From Rhizophagus irregularis (Eukaryota), in the NCBI RefSeq assembly GCF_026210795.1, contig NC_089430.1, forward strand, positions 4,278,001 to 4,342,000: a stretch of DNA of 64,000 bases. Reading direction: 5' to 3'. Each line of letters begins with the position of its first letter. The stretch's first letter is position 1. Of this stretch, positions 25,450 through 38,809 are shown piece by piece. The notes under the pieces were generated by a model. The model had not been told where the DNA came from. It saw nothing but the letters and a program-made list of their open reading frames with translations, and searched no databases. A program made the translations under genes and the position numbers.

Positions 25450-26958
25450 CTATTCTTTAGTAACAACAAATACTTCTACCTCTTTAATAGTACCGACATA
25501 TTCATCATTCAAAATCTTTTCATACCTATTGCAATTATTAAGAAGAAACATATTATTAACCATACGAAATGAACCACCACCAAAATTAAACCCATTACAG
25601 AAATATTCCATCATGGCTCTAGATTTGTTTATTACACGACCTATTTTCATATTTTGTATATCTTCACTGTTTTCAAATGAAAAAATAAAATTATCTGATG
25701 AATTATAAAATCGGTAACCATTTTCATCAAAATAATTCTTTCCTAATGAATTAAACCCAATGGAACTATAACCACCAAAAATTTTGGTTGATTTATATTC
25801 TTTAATTAAAATTAAACTCGCCACTTGACCATTGCATTTATTTTTAAATGTATCATTGTCAATTCCATCACGACTACCATAATAAGCAAGGTTAAACTTG
25901 TATGACGGATCATTTCCAGTGCGAGTAGACATAGCATTTTTTTTATCAATCCAATTGACGATTATATTTGCAAGCTTTGGTCTGATAATATTTGATCTAA
26001 AGTTCCCTTTTCTATTTAAAAGACCAGTTCTAGGTGTTGAAATTGTAAATATTGGTATGGTGTCCTTATAATAAAATTCTTCAATTTCCTCAAAAATATG
26101 ATTAGGAATAATAGCTTTATAGGGACGGACTTTATCAAAAAAATCTGCACGAAAAATTTCCACAAATCGAATGAGAGGAATAAATTGATTTAAGGTTTTC
26201 TTTAACGCTTTATAATTCTCATTGTTCCACTCTGCTCTATCACTTTCAAGACCAGGAGTTTGTTCAATACCCCATTTAACTAAATTATCCCAAATGATAA
26301 TTTCTTCAATTTGTAAGTCGTCACTTTTAAGCAAGCAACGAAGTATTTCCCTATTTATTGAGGGGAAAGAATTTGAAGAAAATAATTGTGTTGGATGTTT
26401 GCAGATAGAGTTAAGACAATAATCTCGCAATTTCTCGCAACTAGGAGATTTAAGTACAGTATTAAGAACAAATACAAAATTTTCATGAATCCATTCGGTT
26501 TGTTTTTCAATTAAATAATCTTGAACATAATCGAATAATTCTTCAAGAAGTAATTCATCAGCTGAAATTAGCAATCCAAGAATGTTTTCACCCGATTGCT
26601 TAGCCAAATCAATTTCACCAGTGTAAATATACCTTAAAAAATATATTATTATAAATAAATTATTACTAAATTAATGACTATTATAAATCATTCTTAAATC
26701 TTACTTTAAAATCATCTTAAAAACAATTGGAGTAATGTTTGGTTTATTAAACATAATCATATTATTTTTCCTTGTAATCCAATTGGCTGAAAGCGCAGCT
26801 TTAAAATAGGGAGAACGAGCACGTAAAATAACAGAATGTGCACGAAATTCTTTTGTGTTTTGGTTTTCACCAACTTGGATAATAACATCGTAGTCATCAG
26901 CACCATTTATTATTAAGGAAAAGTCCTTTGAAAGATTGGAATGAGATACTAATTTCAT
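25450..26958 (-). CDS. BTB/POZ-BACK-TLDc protein, 478 aa, 2 exons
   Basis: Exons 26958-26705 and 26632-25450 total 479 codons; motifs FRAHSVILRARSPYF (BTB), EEIIIWDNLVKWG (BACK) and GSRDG...IFGGYS...FIFSF...EVEVF (TLDc). Confidence 0.92.
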
Positions 26959-28332
26959 TTTTTTAAAGGAAAAATAAGAAAAAATGGCGTACGGATAAAT
27001 TATTGTCGGTTATTTATTAAGCCATTAGCCATTAGGAAGGTCACACAGCATTAGTTTATTTATTCGCATTGTAATTGGCATCATGTTCATATGAATGGGA
27101 ATTTTTTCGTTGCCGTGGCGCAGTACAAAATTTTACACGTGCTCGAAATCACAAAAGGTAATTTTGGATGATCTTCGGCACCAATCAGATTAAGGTGACG
27201 TAAATGGCGCAACCAAACAATAATCAGGTGATTTCGCAATCTTATCACTTAAGGTTTGACGTCATTTTGGAGAGAAATTTTTTTTTATTTTATCGTGTAG
27301 TTTTTTCGTGTAAATAATTTTTGGTTTGGGGGACATTTCTTGGTTTTTTTCAGGGTACTAGTCTAGCTTTGCTTTAAACGGTAAACTGTAGTTTTGGTTT
27401 AGGGTGTCTTTTTAGATTTAGTGAATGTCAATTAGGGCTGGCTTAGGTCGAGACCTTTTTTTTCAAGTGGGATCCGCCCATAACGTTTCTGCGGTTTTTA
27501 GGGATTAGCCTTTTTTTCATTTTTTTTTTTTTGTACTGTATATATAGAGTTAGATGGCGTCTGGTGTAATTAGTTTTAGTTTTTGTGTAGCATAGTAGCG
27601 TAGTTTAAGAAAAAAACAATATTAAATTTTAGTCAAACACAATTAGTTAGACTTTAAATTAGAATTTTTGATACGATTACTTAGTTATAGGGTGTAGAAA
27701 GTTTATCTTTCTTCGCTCTAGGTACTTTCTATGTAATTATGATCCTTTTTGGATCCAGATAATTCAATAAAGTGCGTTGCTATTTTTTTTAAAAAAAAAG
27801 GAACTCATGTATCGTCAGCTAAAAAAAAAAAATACTATTTCTAAATTAAAATCATACAATAATCACGAAAAAACTATTTGCCGCAGAAAATTAATCCTAT
27901 TTCAGAAATCTTATTATTATTTTTAATATACAATTTTGTACAAATATATTTTTATGAGAAATTTTTGCAAATTAGTCAATAAAAAAATGACGATTTCATA
28001 TGATAGAAAGTAATTAAATCAAAAAATATTGAGAAATAAATTTGATAGTAAAAACTGTGTTTAATCTAAATTTAAAATTGTGATTATCTTCAACTAAATA
28101 ATCGTAGTACTTGATATTAAGGTTAATGAGAGATTACAAAGGTTATAAAATTTTGATCTATTTAGAAATTAATAAATTGAATATAAAATAAAAAAAAATA
28201 TAAGATAAATTAACGTTTTATTCATATATAAACAGAAATATCCAAATGAAACATATATTTCATGACTAATATGTATGTATTTTTTGAATACATTGTGTGA
28301 GAAACTTTTTATATATGACTTAATAGTTATCA

Positions 28333-28465
28333 TCTATATAATTAAAAAAGGTCTGTATAACTGTTATGTTTAGAGCAATCTGATTAAATAATTTTGAATT
28401 GAATCATGACATATAATTCATTTACACCTGATCTATTCCATGTTTTTATAGTTGTTAATACTAAT
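28333..28465 (+). mobile_element. 5' part of a second copy of the Helitron at 23963
   Basis: a|tctatataattaaaaaa..tctgta matches the 23963 start; no CTAG end seen. Confidence 0.5.
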
Positions 28466-28469
28466 ACAA

Positions 28470-28893
28470 GTACGATGTCGACAAAATCCTGACATCCATT
28501 TTCCCGACAGGACGTTTGCTCGACACCATTGGCCTACATTAGTTTTACAGCAAAATTCGAAATACGATTGTCGGGTTGTCAGGTAGCCGGGTTACTCGGC
28601 AGTAGGTTATTTATTAGAAAAGTATAAATAAACCCGTGACATGAGTATATCAGATTATATAATCGTATTATATAAATAAATATAGTATAATAGTATATAA
28701 CATGTAACAATTAATTACTTTACCTACTGCCGAGTAACCCGGCTACCCGACAACCCGACAACCCGACAACCCGACAACCCGACAACCCGACAACCAGACA
28801 ACCCGACAACCAGACAATCAAATTTCTCAAGTGTCCCGTATATTTTGTATTTTGCTGTAATGCTGGTCAAAGTTATCGGGAAAATGTCCTGTA
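28470..28893. mobile_element. Palindromic MITE-like element with an 8-bp (cccgacaa)n tandem
   Basis: Nested IRs: cattttcccgac/tcgggaaaatg, ttacagcaaaat/attttgctgtaa, and a 40-bp arm at about 28565-28606 versus 28722-28761; tandem array at 28746-28816. Confidence 0.65.
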
Positions 28894-29533
28894 TTACTGT
28901 GAAAAAAATAATCATCATACGTTTTTTGATTCATTACGAACCTGTAGATAAAAATAATTAAAAAAAGTTTAAATTAGTTATGTCTCTTTAATCATCATAA
29001 ATATAAAAGGACATGAGTCTCCGGAACTAATCTAATTTTGCTCTGATGGTAATAAGCAAAAAATCACTTAGTCTTTTTTTGGGCATAATTCGATTTTTTA
29101 TAAACTATAATAAATTCAATAATTTACCCTAAAGATTTTGATAGTAAGTATATATTATATTTCTTTATATAATGCATACAATTATTGATATAATTTTAAT
29201 TATATATTGTCTTAGTATCAAGGGAAGAAGCGCTGCAACTTAAGGAATTTAATATATTATAAAGTCATTGATGAATGGTATGATTTTTGAAATCAAACAT
29301 TTTGATTAATTTGCGTATATTATAAATGATATGATTATTGATTCTTTGTTAGTTTTTTTCTAAAACGATTTTCATGGCCAAATTCTATTATTCTTAAAGA
29401 TTTTTTTATTTCTGAGGGATGTTTAATACTGTTAAGTATTCCTCTTATGAATATCTCATTATAAAATGTCTAATTTAACCTTTAAAATTTTTGATATTTA
29501 ATTACTATTATATGCCAAAATTAAATTTCAAGA

Positions 29534-30625
29534 TTAGTTATTAGTGACAACAAATGCTTCTACCTCTTTAATAGTACCAGTTATATGTTCTTCATTTGAA
29601 ATACTTTCATAATAATTCCGTTTGTTAATATAGAAAACTTTCTTATCCATACAAAACGAACCCCAACCAAAATTAAATCCAACACTATCTCCCATTTCCA
29701 AAATGGCTTTATTGCTATTTATTACACGTCCTATTTTCATATTCTGTACATCTTCACTGTTTTCAAATGAAAAAATAAAATTATCTGATGAATAATAATG
29801 ACGTGCGTTATTTTCAGATAAATATTGATCTCCTAATGAGCTAAATCCGATAGAACTATATCCTCCAAAAATCATGTTTGATTTTTTTTCTTCAATTAAA
29901 ACTAAACTCGCTACTCGACCATTGCATTTACCTCTAAATGATTTATTGTTAATTCCATCACGACTACCACGATAAATAAGTTTAAATTTATATAACGGAT
30001 CACTAATGGTGCGAGTAAACTTAGCATCTTTGTTATCGATCCAATTAGCGATTATATTCGCAAGTTCTGGTTTGATAATGTTTGATTCAAAGTTCCCTTC
30101 TCTTGCAATTAGAAAATTTAAACACAGCGTTAAGAACAAGCATAAAATTTTTACCAATCCAGCTATTATGTTTTTCAATTAAATAATCTTGAATATGATC
30201 GAATAATTTTTCAAGAAGTAACTCATCAACTGCAATTAGCAATCCAAGAATATTTTCACCTGATTGCTTAGCAAAATCGATTTCACCAGTGTAAATATAC
30301 CTTAAAAAATATATAATAAATTATTACTAAATTAGTAACAATTATAGTATAATAAAATAAATTATTCTTACTTTAAAATCATTTCAAAAACAATTGGAGT
30401 AACGATTGGTTTATTAAACATGATCATGTTGTTTTTCTTTGCAGCCCTATTAGCGGAAAGAGCATTTTTGAAATAGGGAGAACGAGCACGTAAGATAACA
30501 GAATGTGCATGAAATTCTTTTGTGTTTTGGTTTTCACCAACTTGAATAATAACATTATAGTCGTCAGCATCATTTAATATTAAGGAAAGATTCTTTGAAA
30601 GATTGGAATGAAAAACCAATTTCAT
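29534..30625 (-). pseudogene. BTB-TLDc gene with the BACK region deleted and a frameshift
   Basis: Exon 1 is 30625-30372 and exon 2 starts at 30300. At about 30100, NCK joins directly to the pre-TLDc segment (about 420 bp missing versus the 32325 paralogue), giving a stop at 30087-30089; TLDc is open in another frame. Confidence 0.85.
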
Positions 30626-31294
30626 TTTTTTTAAGAGAAAAAATAAAAATAAAGTGGCGTTAAATGAATATTTTTTTGGTTGGTTATTTATTTAGCAATT
30701 AGGAAAGTTACACAGCATGTAGTGACACCAATGATTTATGATTTCGCATCATGATCAACGTTAATATGAAGAAAATCTTTCAGAAATTTCCAATATCAAT
30801 CTAAATAATACAATTACTATTATTTCTTGAAGTTATATTAACAAATAATTTTATACGAAATATAGTGTGTAACCTTTTGTAAATTAATGAAGATTCATGC
30901 AACAGAAAGTTTAAAAAAAAAAACAAACTGAATTTTAATGGTAAATTGTAAACAATCTTGTGGATATTTTCTAAAATACATCAATACTTTAAATAATAGA
31001 TTGATCTTTCTGAGTCCAGTCATGTCAATTTTTAGCACAGTCATGTTAATTTGATGCAGACTGAATTATCGGACTTTGCTACCATCGGACTGAGTTAACT
31101 GTGCTGAGTCCTGTGATTTTGATCGCTTATTATAAAATCTACTACAACCATTATCTCATTAAGTATTTAAATTAGTAAAAAAAATTTTTTTCAATAACTC
31201 TCATTATAAAGTGAATAGCAAAAAAAAAATTCGTGTGGATAATCCGATGATTTGGGATTCAAATTCACATGACTGTGCTAACCAATACTCTAAA

Positions 31295-31492
31295 AGCGCT
31301 ATACTAATTTTCGTCCCTAGTTCCATTGATTCTGGCTGGTGAACTGGGTCTGATTGATTAACATCTGGAATTTTTTGATTTGTAATCATTTGTAATCATC
31401 CGGACCTATGTCTTCTGCCGTCATTACATAGAATCCGAGCTAATTTCACATCGTACCCAATGGGAACCTGGGGCGAAAATTAGTATAGCCCT
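31295..31492. mobile_element. MITE of about 200 bp
   Basis: IR gctatactaattttcgtccctagttccattg and caatgggaacctggggcgaaaattagtatagc; TSD unclear. Confidence 0.7.
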
Positions 31493-31559
31493 CAGAAAGA
31501 TCATCGGACCGGATACCGTAAAGCATAATTGATTTTTGCCAACCTATTTCTGATTCGAA

Positions 31560-31951
31560 TTATTGCTGTTTTTAATTTAGTGCGATCACAGCTAGCACTC
31601 CTATAAAAATATGATTATCAAAATTTTGTGAATACCCATGATTTTTCTAAAAAATCATTTAAAAAATAGTTGATAACCTGTGAATACCAGTGGAAATTAT
31701 AGAAAAATCTCAATTTTTCGAGTAGTTCACTTATACGCAAGTTTTTTTAGCTTTGTTGTAACAATAACAGTTTTTTATAAGTAAACTACTCAAATAATTG
31801 GGAATTTTTCATGATTTCCCCGGTAATCATAGGCAAACAACCCTTTTCTAGATGATTATTTGAAAAAATCACGAGTATTCACAAATTTTTAAAAATTGAT
31901 TATTTTTAGGGATGTTACACTATAATTGCACCAAATTGAAAACAGCAATAA
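31560..31951. mobile_element. Foldback element of about 390 bp
   Basis: The two halves are imperfect reverse complements (ttattgctgttt/aaacagcaataa; tttgtgaatac/gtattcacaaa). Confidence 0.7.
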
Positions 31952-32324
31952 ATAAAATTTATTATTTAACAAAAAATGCAATCAAAATTTTTTCTTAAAA
32001 AGTTATGCAATTTAAAAAGTTAGCCAGTGATTTTACAATTTTTAATAAATTTAAACTTCAAAATTTAATAAAATTCGAGAATTAATCTTGTTAGAAAGTA
32101 TACACATTTTATTAAGAAATCAATAAAGAGTAAATCATACTTATTTTATACAAATTATATCTCTATCAAATATATCACATTTTAAGAAACAGCCACATTT
32201 TCGACTAATCTATATGATATTTCAATTATTATCATAATTACAATATTAGACTTGTGACTGATAACTTTATAATTTATTTATTTATAATTTTGTTTAACAT
32301 ATGTAATATAATTAAAAGGAAAGA

Positions 32325-33851
32325 CTAGTGACTAGTGGCAACAAATGCTTCTATCTCTTTAATAGTACCAGTTATATGTTCTTCATTTGAAATACTTTCA
32401 TAATTATCCCGTTTATTAACCTGGAAAGTTTGATTAATCATAGCAAAAGTACCCCAACCAAAATTAAACCCAACACTATCTCCCATTTCCAAAATGGCTT
32501 TATAACTATTAATTACACGTCCTATTTTCATATTTTGTACATCTTCACTGTTTTCAAATGAAAAAATAAAATTATCTGATGAATAGTAATAACGTACGTT
32601 ATTTTCAGATAAATATTGATCTCCTAATGAGCTAAATCCGATAGAACTATATCCTCCAAAAATCATGTTTGATTTTTTATCTTCAATTAAAACTAAGCTT
32701 GGTACTCGACCATTACATTTATTTTTAAATGAATTATTGTTAATTCCATCACGGCTACCACAATAAATAAGTTTGAATTTATATAATGGATTCTTAATGG
32801 TGTGAGTAAACTTAGCATCTTTGTTATCCATCCAATTGGCGATTATATTTGCAAGTTCTGGTTTGATAATATTTGATTTAAAGCTTTCTTTTTTATCTGG
32901 AAGACCAGTTCTAGGTGGTAAAATTGTAGTTTTTGGTAAGGTATCTTTATAATAAAATTCTTCAATTTCCTCAAAAATATGTTTAGGAATAATAGCTTTG
33001 TAAGGACGAACTTTATCAAAAAAATCTGCACGAGAAATTTCCACAAATCGAATGAGAGGGATAAATTGATTTAAGGTTTTCTTTAACGCTTTATAATTTT
33101 CCTCATTCCACTTTGCCCTATTACTTTCAAGACCGGGGGTTTGTTCAATACCCCATTTGATTAAATAATCCCAAATGATAACTTCTTCAATTCGTAAGTC
33201 GTTTCTTTTAATTAAGCCAAGAAGTATTTCCTTATTTATTGAGGGGAAATTTTTTGAAGAAAAAAATTGTAGTGGATATTCGCAGGTAGAATCAAGACAA
33301 TAATCTTGCAATTTCTTGCAACTAGGAAATTTAAGTACAGTATTAAGAACAAATACAAAATTTTCATGAACCCATTTGGCTTGTTTTTCAATTAAATAAT
33401 TTTGAACATGATCGAATAATTCTTCAAAAAGTAACTCATCAGCTGCAACTAGCAATTCAAGAATATTTTCACCCGATTGTTTAGTTAAATTAATTTCACC
33501 AATGTAAATATACCTTAAAACAATATATTGTTAAATAAATACAGAAATTACGAAATAAATGAATAAAGAATTATAAAATTATTAGAATTATTCTTACTTT
33601 AAAATCATTTCGAAAACAATTGGAGTAACGTTTGGTTTATTAAACATCATCATATTATTTTTCTTTGTAATCCAATTTGCTGAAAGAGCACCTTTGAAAT
33701 AGGGAGAACGAGCACGTAAGATAACAGAATGTGCACGAAATTCTTTTGTGTTTTGGTTATCACCAACTTGAATAATAACATCATAGTCGTCAGCGTCATT
33801 TAATATTAAGGAAAGGTCCTTTGAAAGACTGGAATGAAAAATTAATGTCAT
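32325..33851 (-). CDS. BTB/POZ-BACK-TLDc protein, 480 aa, 2 exons
   Basis: Exons 33851-33598 and 33513-32325 total 481 codons; all three domain motifs are present. Confidence 0.92.
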
Positions 33852-34022
33852 GTTTTTTTAAAAGAAAAAAAGAAAAAAAAGGGGCGTCTGGTTATTTATT
33901 TGTAATTAGTATGGTTACACGGCATGAGGTGCATCAATGATCATCGATACTTAATTTTCGCAAAAAATTACATTTTTTAAACACTATTATTTATTTTTAT
34001 AATAAAAAATGGCTTGTCAACT

Positions 34023-34253
34023 AGGACCCAGAAATATATAAAAGGCTCAGGCTTGAGTTTGCGTATTTTGAACTAAAAAATCATGAAAATCTTTCCTTTT
34101 TTAGATAATTTTTGATAATGCCGGTCAGAATTTTATTTCCTATTATAGTAACCGACTGACTTTATCATAATTCCGGCCCTGAAAAAATGTGTACAGCTCA
34201 TAGTAAAAAATTTTTTTCATCACCTGACCCCTATATATATACTTCTGGGTCCT
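34023..34253. mobile_element. MITE, AGGACCC family, copy 2 (231 bp)
   Basis: TIR aggacccagaa...ttctgggtcct; 8-bp TSD tgtcaact; shares tcataattccggccctgaa with copy 1. Confidence 0.88.
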
Positions 34254-35217
34254 TGTCAACTTACATCCGACTGTTATACTCATTCATGTTTGTTAAGTTA
34301 ATCATCGTAAAGTTTCTATTAGAATATTTGGAATTTTATGAGTTGTATAAAAATGGAATTTTATTCAAACGCTCACTTCTATTTAATTATGTAGCATTTT
34401 CCATAATTCCTTCAATCAATAATGTCCTTAGAGATGCGAAAAAGTAAATTTATAACTTTAATCATTATCAATATCTCCAATTCCCAAATTTGTATTCTGA
34501 TTTTTTAATCAGTTGTCACAAGTACGTCATAATTTTCAATCAATTTTATTATTTCAAACGAGTTAAAGGAATTAATTTCTTTACAGAAAAATTTGAAAAT
34601 TTAATTTTAATAAATTTTTGAGCAATGTTGGATTATAAAGAAAAATTTGAAATTAATTAAAATATATGTATTATTTTCAAGCATATGATTGAAGATATAT
34701 ATTATACTGTATAGAAGAAAAACTAGTAAATGCCTACATTATTTCTTGTTTGTAGTATTATTCTAACTATGACATGGTATTTTCTTTCACTGACATGAAA
34801 TTAACCAGCATCATTTTACTGACTTCCCATTCTACCAACAACCAATCGAATTTGATTTACCAATTATAACAAGAGGAATTTGTGAGAATTGCTACATTAT
34901 ATTATGATTTATTAATATTATGTTTAATATTATTTAAATATAATTTTTCAAATTGAACATCTGAAAATAATGATATTAGTAATTTAATAAAAAATTGTCA
35001 AATGGAATTACTTGAGCCAAATGTTATTATTATTAAATGGATTCCATATAATAATTTTCAAATATTGAGGAGGATTCTCTAAATTTATACAACATATTAT
35101 CGTTATATGATGAATAAGATTCCTTTTAGATGGATTTTAAGCTATTTACAAATGTTATTGAAAGATATATTGTTCAATTATTGGTCCATAATATGTTATT
35201 TAGAACTGTTTTAATTA

Positions 35218-35890
35218 CAGTTAACTCTCTATAAATGCACCCTCTATAAATGCACACCCTCTATAAATGCACCTTTTATCTAGTCCCAACTTGAGCCTTA
35301 ATGCTAAATGCACGGTTTTTATATATATATTTTCCGTAAATGTACCCTTTATAAAAAAATTTTATAGTTTACTTATAAAATTTTTGTATTACCTTAATTT
35401 TAGATTAATATCATACAGATTTATATATATTCTATAAATGCACATCCTTTTTAAATGCACTCTTATTAGAGGTCTGTAAACGGGACCAAGAACCCGGAAC
35501 CCAGAAACCCTAACCAGCCCAGACCCAGATCCAGGTTTGGGCCGGCAAACTTTCTTCAAAATTCACCTGGGCTGGGTCCGGGCTGGCACATGAATTTTTG
35601 TTGAACCCAGATTTTCGTAATTCTGGCCAAAATCGTCTTAATTTCGGTTGAAATTAAACTGGCCAAAATTAAGTTGGCCGATTTTTTTGTTTTATAACAA
35701 AATGATATAATAAAAGTCCAGGTCCGGTCTGGGCCAGGTTTTTAATATTTTAAGTCCAGGCCAGACTAGGCCAGGCACTTTATGTTAATTTCCAAGTGCG
35801 GGCTGGGCCAGGTTGTAAAATAGTGGTCAATACAGACCTCTAACCCTTATACCTGGTCCCAAGGGGGGTGCATTTATAGAGAGTTGACTG
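35218..35890. mobile_element. Tc1/pogo-like MITE hosting a hAT-like MITE
   Basis: TIR cagttaactctctataaatgcacc...ggtgcatttatagagagttgactg; TA TSD. Confidence 0.88.
35467..35842. mobile_element. hAT-like MITE, TAGAGGTC family, copy 2 (CpG-decayed)
   Basis: TIR tagaggtctgta...tacagacctcta; TSD actcttat/acccttat; colinear with 12102-12436. Confidence 0.9.
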
Positions 35891-36444
35891 TATAATTATT
35901 TATAAATAAAAGAAATGATATGACCGCTGACTGGTAAGGTTACAAATAATTTTGCTCCTTTTTACCAAGATGAAAATACCTCCTTTACAATTTAATATAA
36001 AGGTATAAATTTTACATAATTAGTCAAAAGTTTGTTAACTTTTTACCCAATTCTACATATTACTAACTAAATTTAATATATTATTAAATTAAAAATTTTA
36101 AAATATATTTAAATAATAATATTTATTAATGCTTTTTTCACTTCTTGTACTTCTTGTATTAATAATTCTTTCACAAATTATTTTTAGTTTATAAATTGAT
36201 TAATTTTATTAAACTACTAAAATTATCTTTTATGAAATATTACAAATAAGTTAAATTAAAATATATGATACGTGACGTATTGTTAATGAAATCAATTTTA
36301 TTTTATAATATGATATCAATCTATATAAGTATGCGGAAAAGATTTGTATTTCAATTACTTTAAAACAATTCCAAATTCCTAAATTCTCTCTTTGGATAAA
36401 TATTCTAGAATACATTGAATATGATAGATTTCTTAAAGCTTAGT

Positions 36445-36790
36445 ATGTCTTCAATTCGTCAATAAATTAACAACAGACAAAGAATTAAAAGAATGTTATA
36501 TAGAAAATGGTTTATGTAATGAATGTAAGCAACTTAATACTAGTTATGATTATTGTCAGTTATGTATTCTAAAAGATTTCAACAAAATTTCAAAAATTAA
36601 ACAAGTGGAAATCATGATGTTGATGAATTTATTCAAAAAGCACAATTAAAAACTAAAAATACGATCCATATCATAAAGTTGATTGAAAATGATGAATTTG
36701 AAGATTGTTTAATAATTAGCAAAAGGGGATTTGGAACTACTTTTAAAGCAGTTTGGATATAGATGATTGGGATTATGACAATAATCAATG
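36445..36790 (+). pseudogene. Degenerate kinase N-terminal fragment
   Basis: Broken translation ENGLCNECKQLNT...TSGNHDVDEFIQKAQLK...AKG.FGTTFKAVW with frameshifts; ends at the hAT-like insertion. A smaller remnant (KWIPYNNF) lies near 35030. Confidence 0.7.
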
Positions 36791-36798
36791 GTGACAAC

Positions 36799-37241
36799 TA
36801 GGGATGGCAATGGTCGGTCACAGTCAGTTATCAGTTGGTCATAACCGGTTAAGGGCCTTTGACCGACTGACTATTTTGGCTGACCGTTTTTCTGACCATT
36901 TAACCAACCATTTGACTGTCCGTTTAACTGACTGTTTAACCATTTTTTTAATGAATTTAATTAAGAAAAAATGTTAAAGTATTTTTTTTGATTAAATCCA
37001 CTAAAGAAAATGGTATAACAACTTTTTTATTGATTAAGTTCGTAAAAAAAAGTGTTAAATGATTAAATGGTCAGTTAATGGTTGGTTAAACAGTTGGTTA
37101 AACAGTCAGTCAAATGGTCAGTCAAACCAGTTGGTTAAACTGGTCAGTTAAACGGTTGGTCAGAAGCTTTTGACCAACTGATATCAGTCACAGTCATAAC
37201 TGGTCATGACCGGTTAATAACCATGACCATTGCCATCTCTA
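36799..37241. mobile_element. hAT-like MITE (443 bp)
   Basis: TIR tagggatggcaatggtc...gaccattgccatctcta; TSD gtgacaac/gtgaccac; tgacc/ggtca subterminal repeats. Confidence 0.88.
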
Positions 37242-37975
37242 GTGACCACATAAAAATAAACTCTGATGTACATATTTTATATAAATTAAAATATAATTAA
37301 TAAATAAATGATTAAAACATTTCTTCTATTTTGAGTTTACATATATGATCAGCATATGATGAAATAAAATGCTGATAACCATACATTTGAGAGATTATTT
37401 AATGCTTAAATTATTTTTTTTTATTTTTTTTATAAACGTATTTAAATCATTTTATTAGCAATCGTAATATATTACATTGACTAATAGTAAAATAAACAAA
37501 AAAAATACATTGAAGCTAGTTTCGAAAACAAAACTACACCTCTCCTTATAAAAACTTTAGACAAGTAATGTTAGATTTATTTTTTTATTTTTAATTTTTA
37601 TACGAATTATTAAATATTTATAAAAGTAATGGTATAATGTAATTTACAATATTATTATAATGTTGTAAATGTATTATGACTATAATAATTACTATACAGT
37701 AATCACAAAACTAGTAAACTACACTGTTAAAGCATAAAATTTATGTTGTTATATTATGGTAACAGTGTAATTAAAAAAATAGGGGTTTTAGCAAAGAAAA
37801 TCTAAAGTATAGACTAACGTAACCAGCATGCTATTCACGTAAAAATCCAATACTATACTAAATTCCAAGCTAAAATACCTAATCTAAATACATTCTGAAA
37901 AAATTTCTTTAGTAATTTTTGCTATTTTATTATGTTTTTTACCTTTTCATATTTTTTTTCCCAAATTTCATTAAA

Positions 37976-38745
37976 TTACCTCCATTGTTTTTGTGGCTTC
38001 AAAGAATTGACGTGTCTACTTAGTTGTTGTTGTCCTATCAAAGTGCCACTTGAACTTGAGGCTGTATTCTGAAAATCATTCCTTTTAACCAGTTCTTGCA
38101 AATTTCCTGATTTGTCAATGTAATCATTCAGTTTTTTTATCCATAATCCACATCCAATATCATGTATCTCAATTGACGCGTTAATTTCTATCATCAAATC
38201 TGATTCTCTATGAAAATATAAAATTAAAAATCTCATTCCATTGACTCTGATCACTTTTTCAAAAAAAGCGTGGTAAATTTTAACGTAATCCTTTATAATT
38301 GAACAATCATCTTGTTGAATATCCTCACCGAGTTGTTTACTTGCTTGCCAATGAAATTTATCTTTAATCTGCACATACAACAACTTTGAATCAAACATCC
38401 TCAAAAAAAAATATGATTCTTCCTTGTTAATGACACGTTCACGCCACCCTCTTTATAAATTTTCTCATAAGCATTGCTAAAGCGTAACGTTACTCTAACG
38501 GTCTTGTACTTATAACATCTTTTGGTTTTCATATACTCCACAAATCCAACATTATCATTTAATAGTGTAAAGATCTCTCCATCACTCCAATATGCAGGTA
38601 CGTCATAAAAAGTAATGTCATGTGACCTATCGGCAAAATGTTTTTCCAGATGATCCTTATCCTTATCGCTGATCATTCCTAAATGCATTTCAGTGATCGT
38701 ACCATTTTGGTCATATTGTGCACGCGTCCTTTTTCTCTTTTTGTT
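37976..38745 (-). mobile_element. 5'-truncated ORF1 (gag/RRM-like) of a non-LTR retroelement
   Basis: ITFYDVPAYWSDGEIF...KYKTVRVTL is homologous to ILVYDIPVSWTPEEIL...KYQTVHLKI in the neighbouring element; a homopolymer frameshift lies at about 38404; no ORF2 follows. Confidence 0.6.
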
Positions 38746-38809
38746 TGGCTTAATGCTTAAATTAAATATTATTGTAATAGACAAGCAATTAATAATGAAT
38801 ATCTAAAAC

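Noticed and set aside
27240..27835. GT-rich stretch ending in A runs, a possible SINE or LINE 3' fragment
   Set aside because: No TSD, ORF or pol III boxes could be established by eye.
28724..28918. 64-aa ORF with VVGLSGCR repeats
   Set aside because: It is the translation of the 8-bp cccgacaa tandem in a palindromic element.
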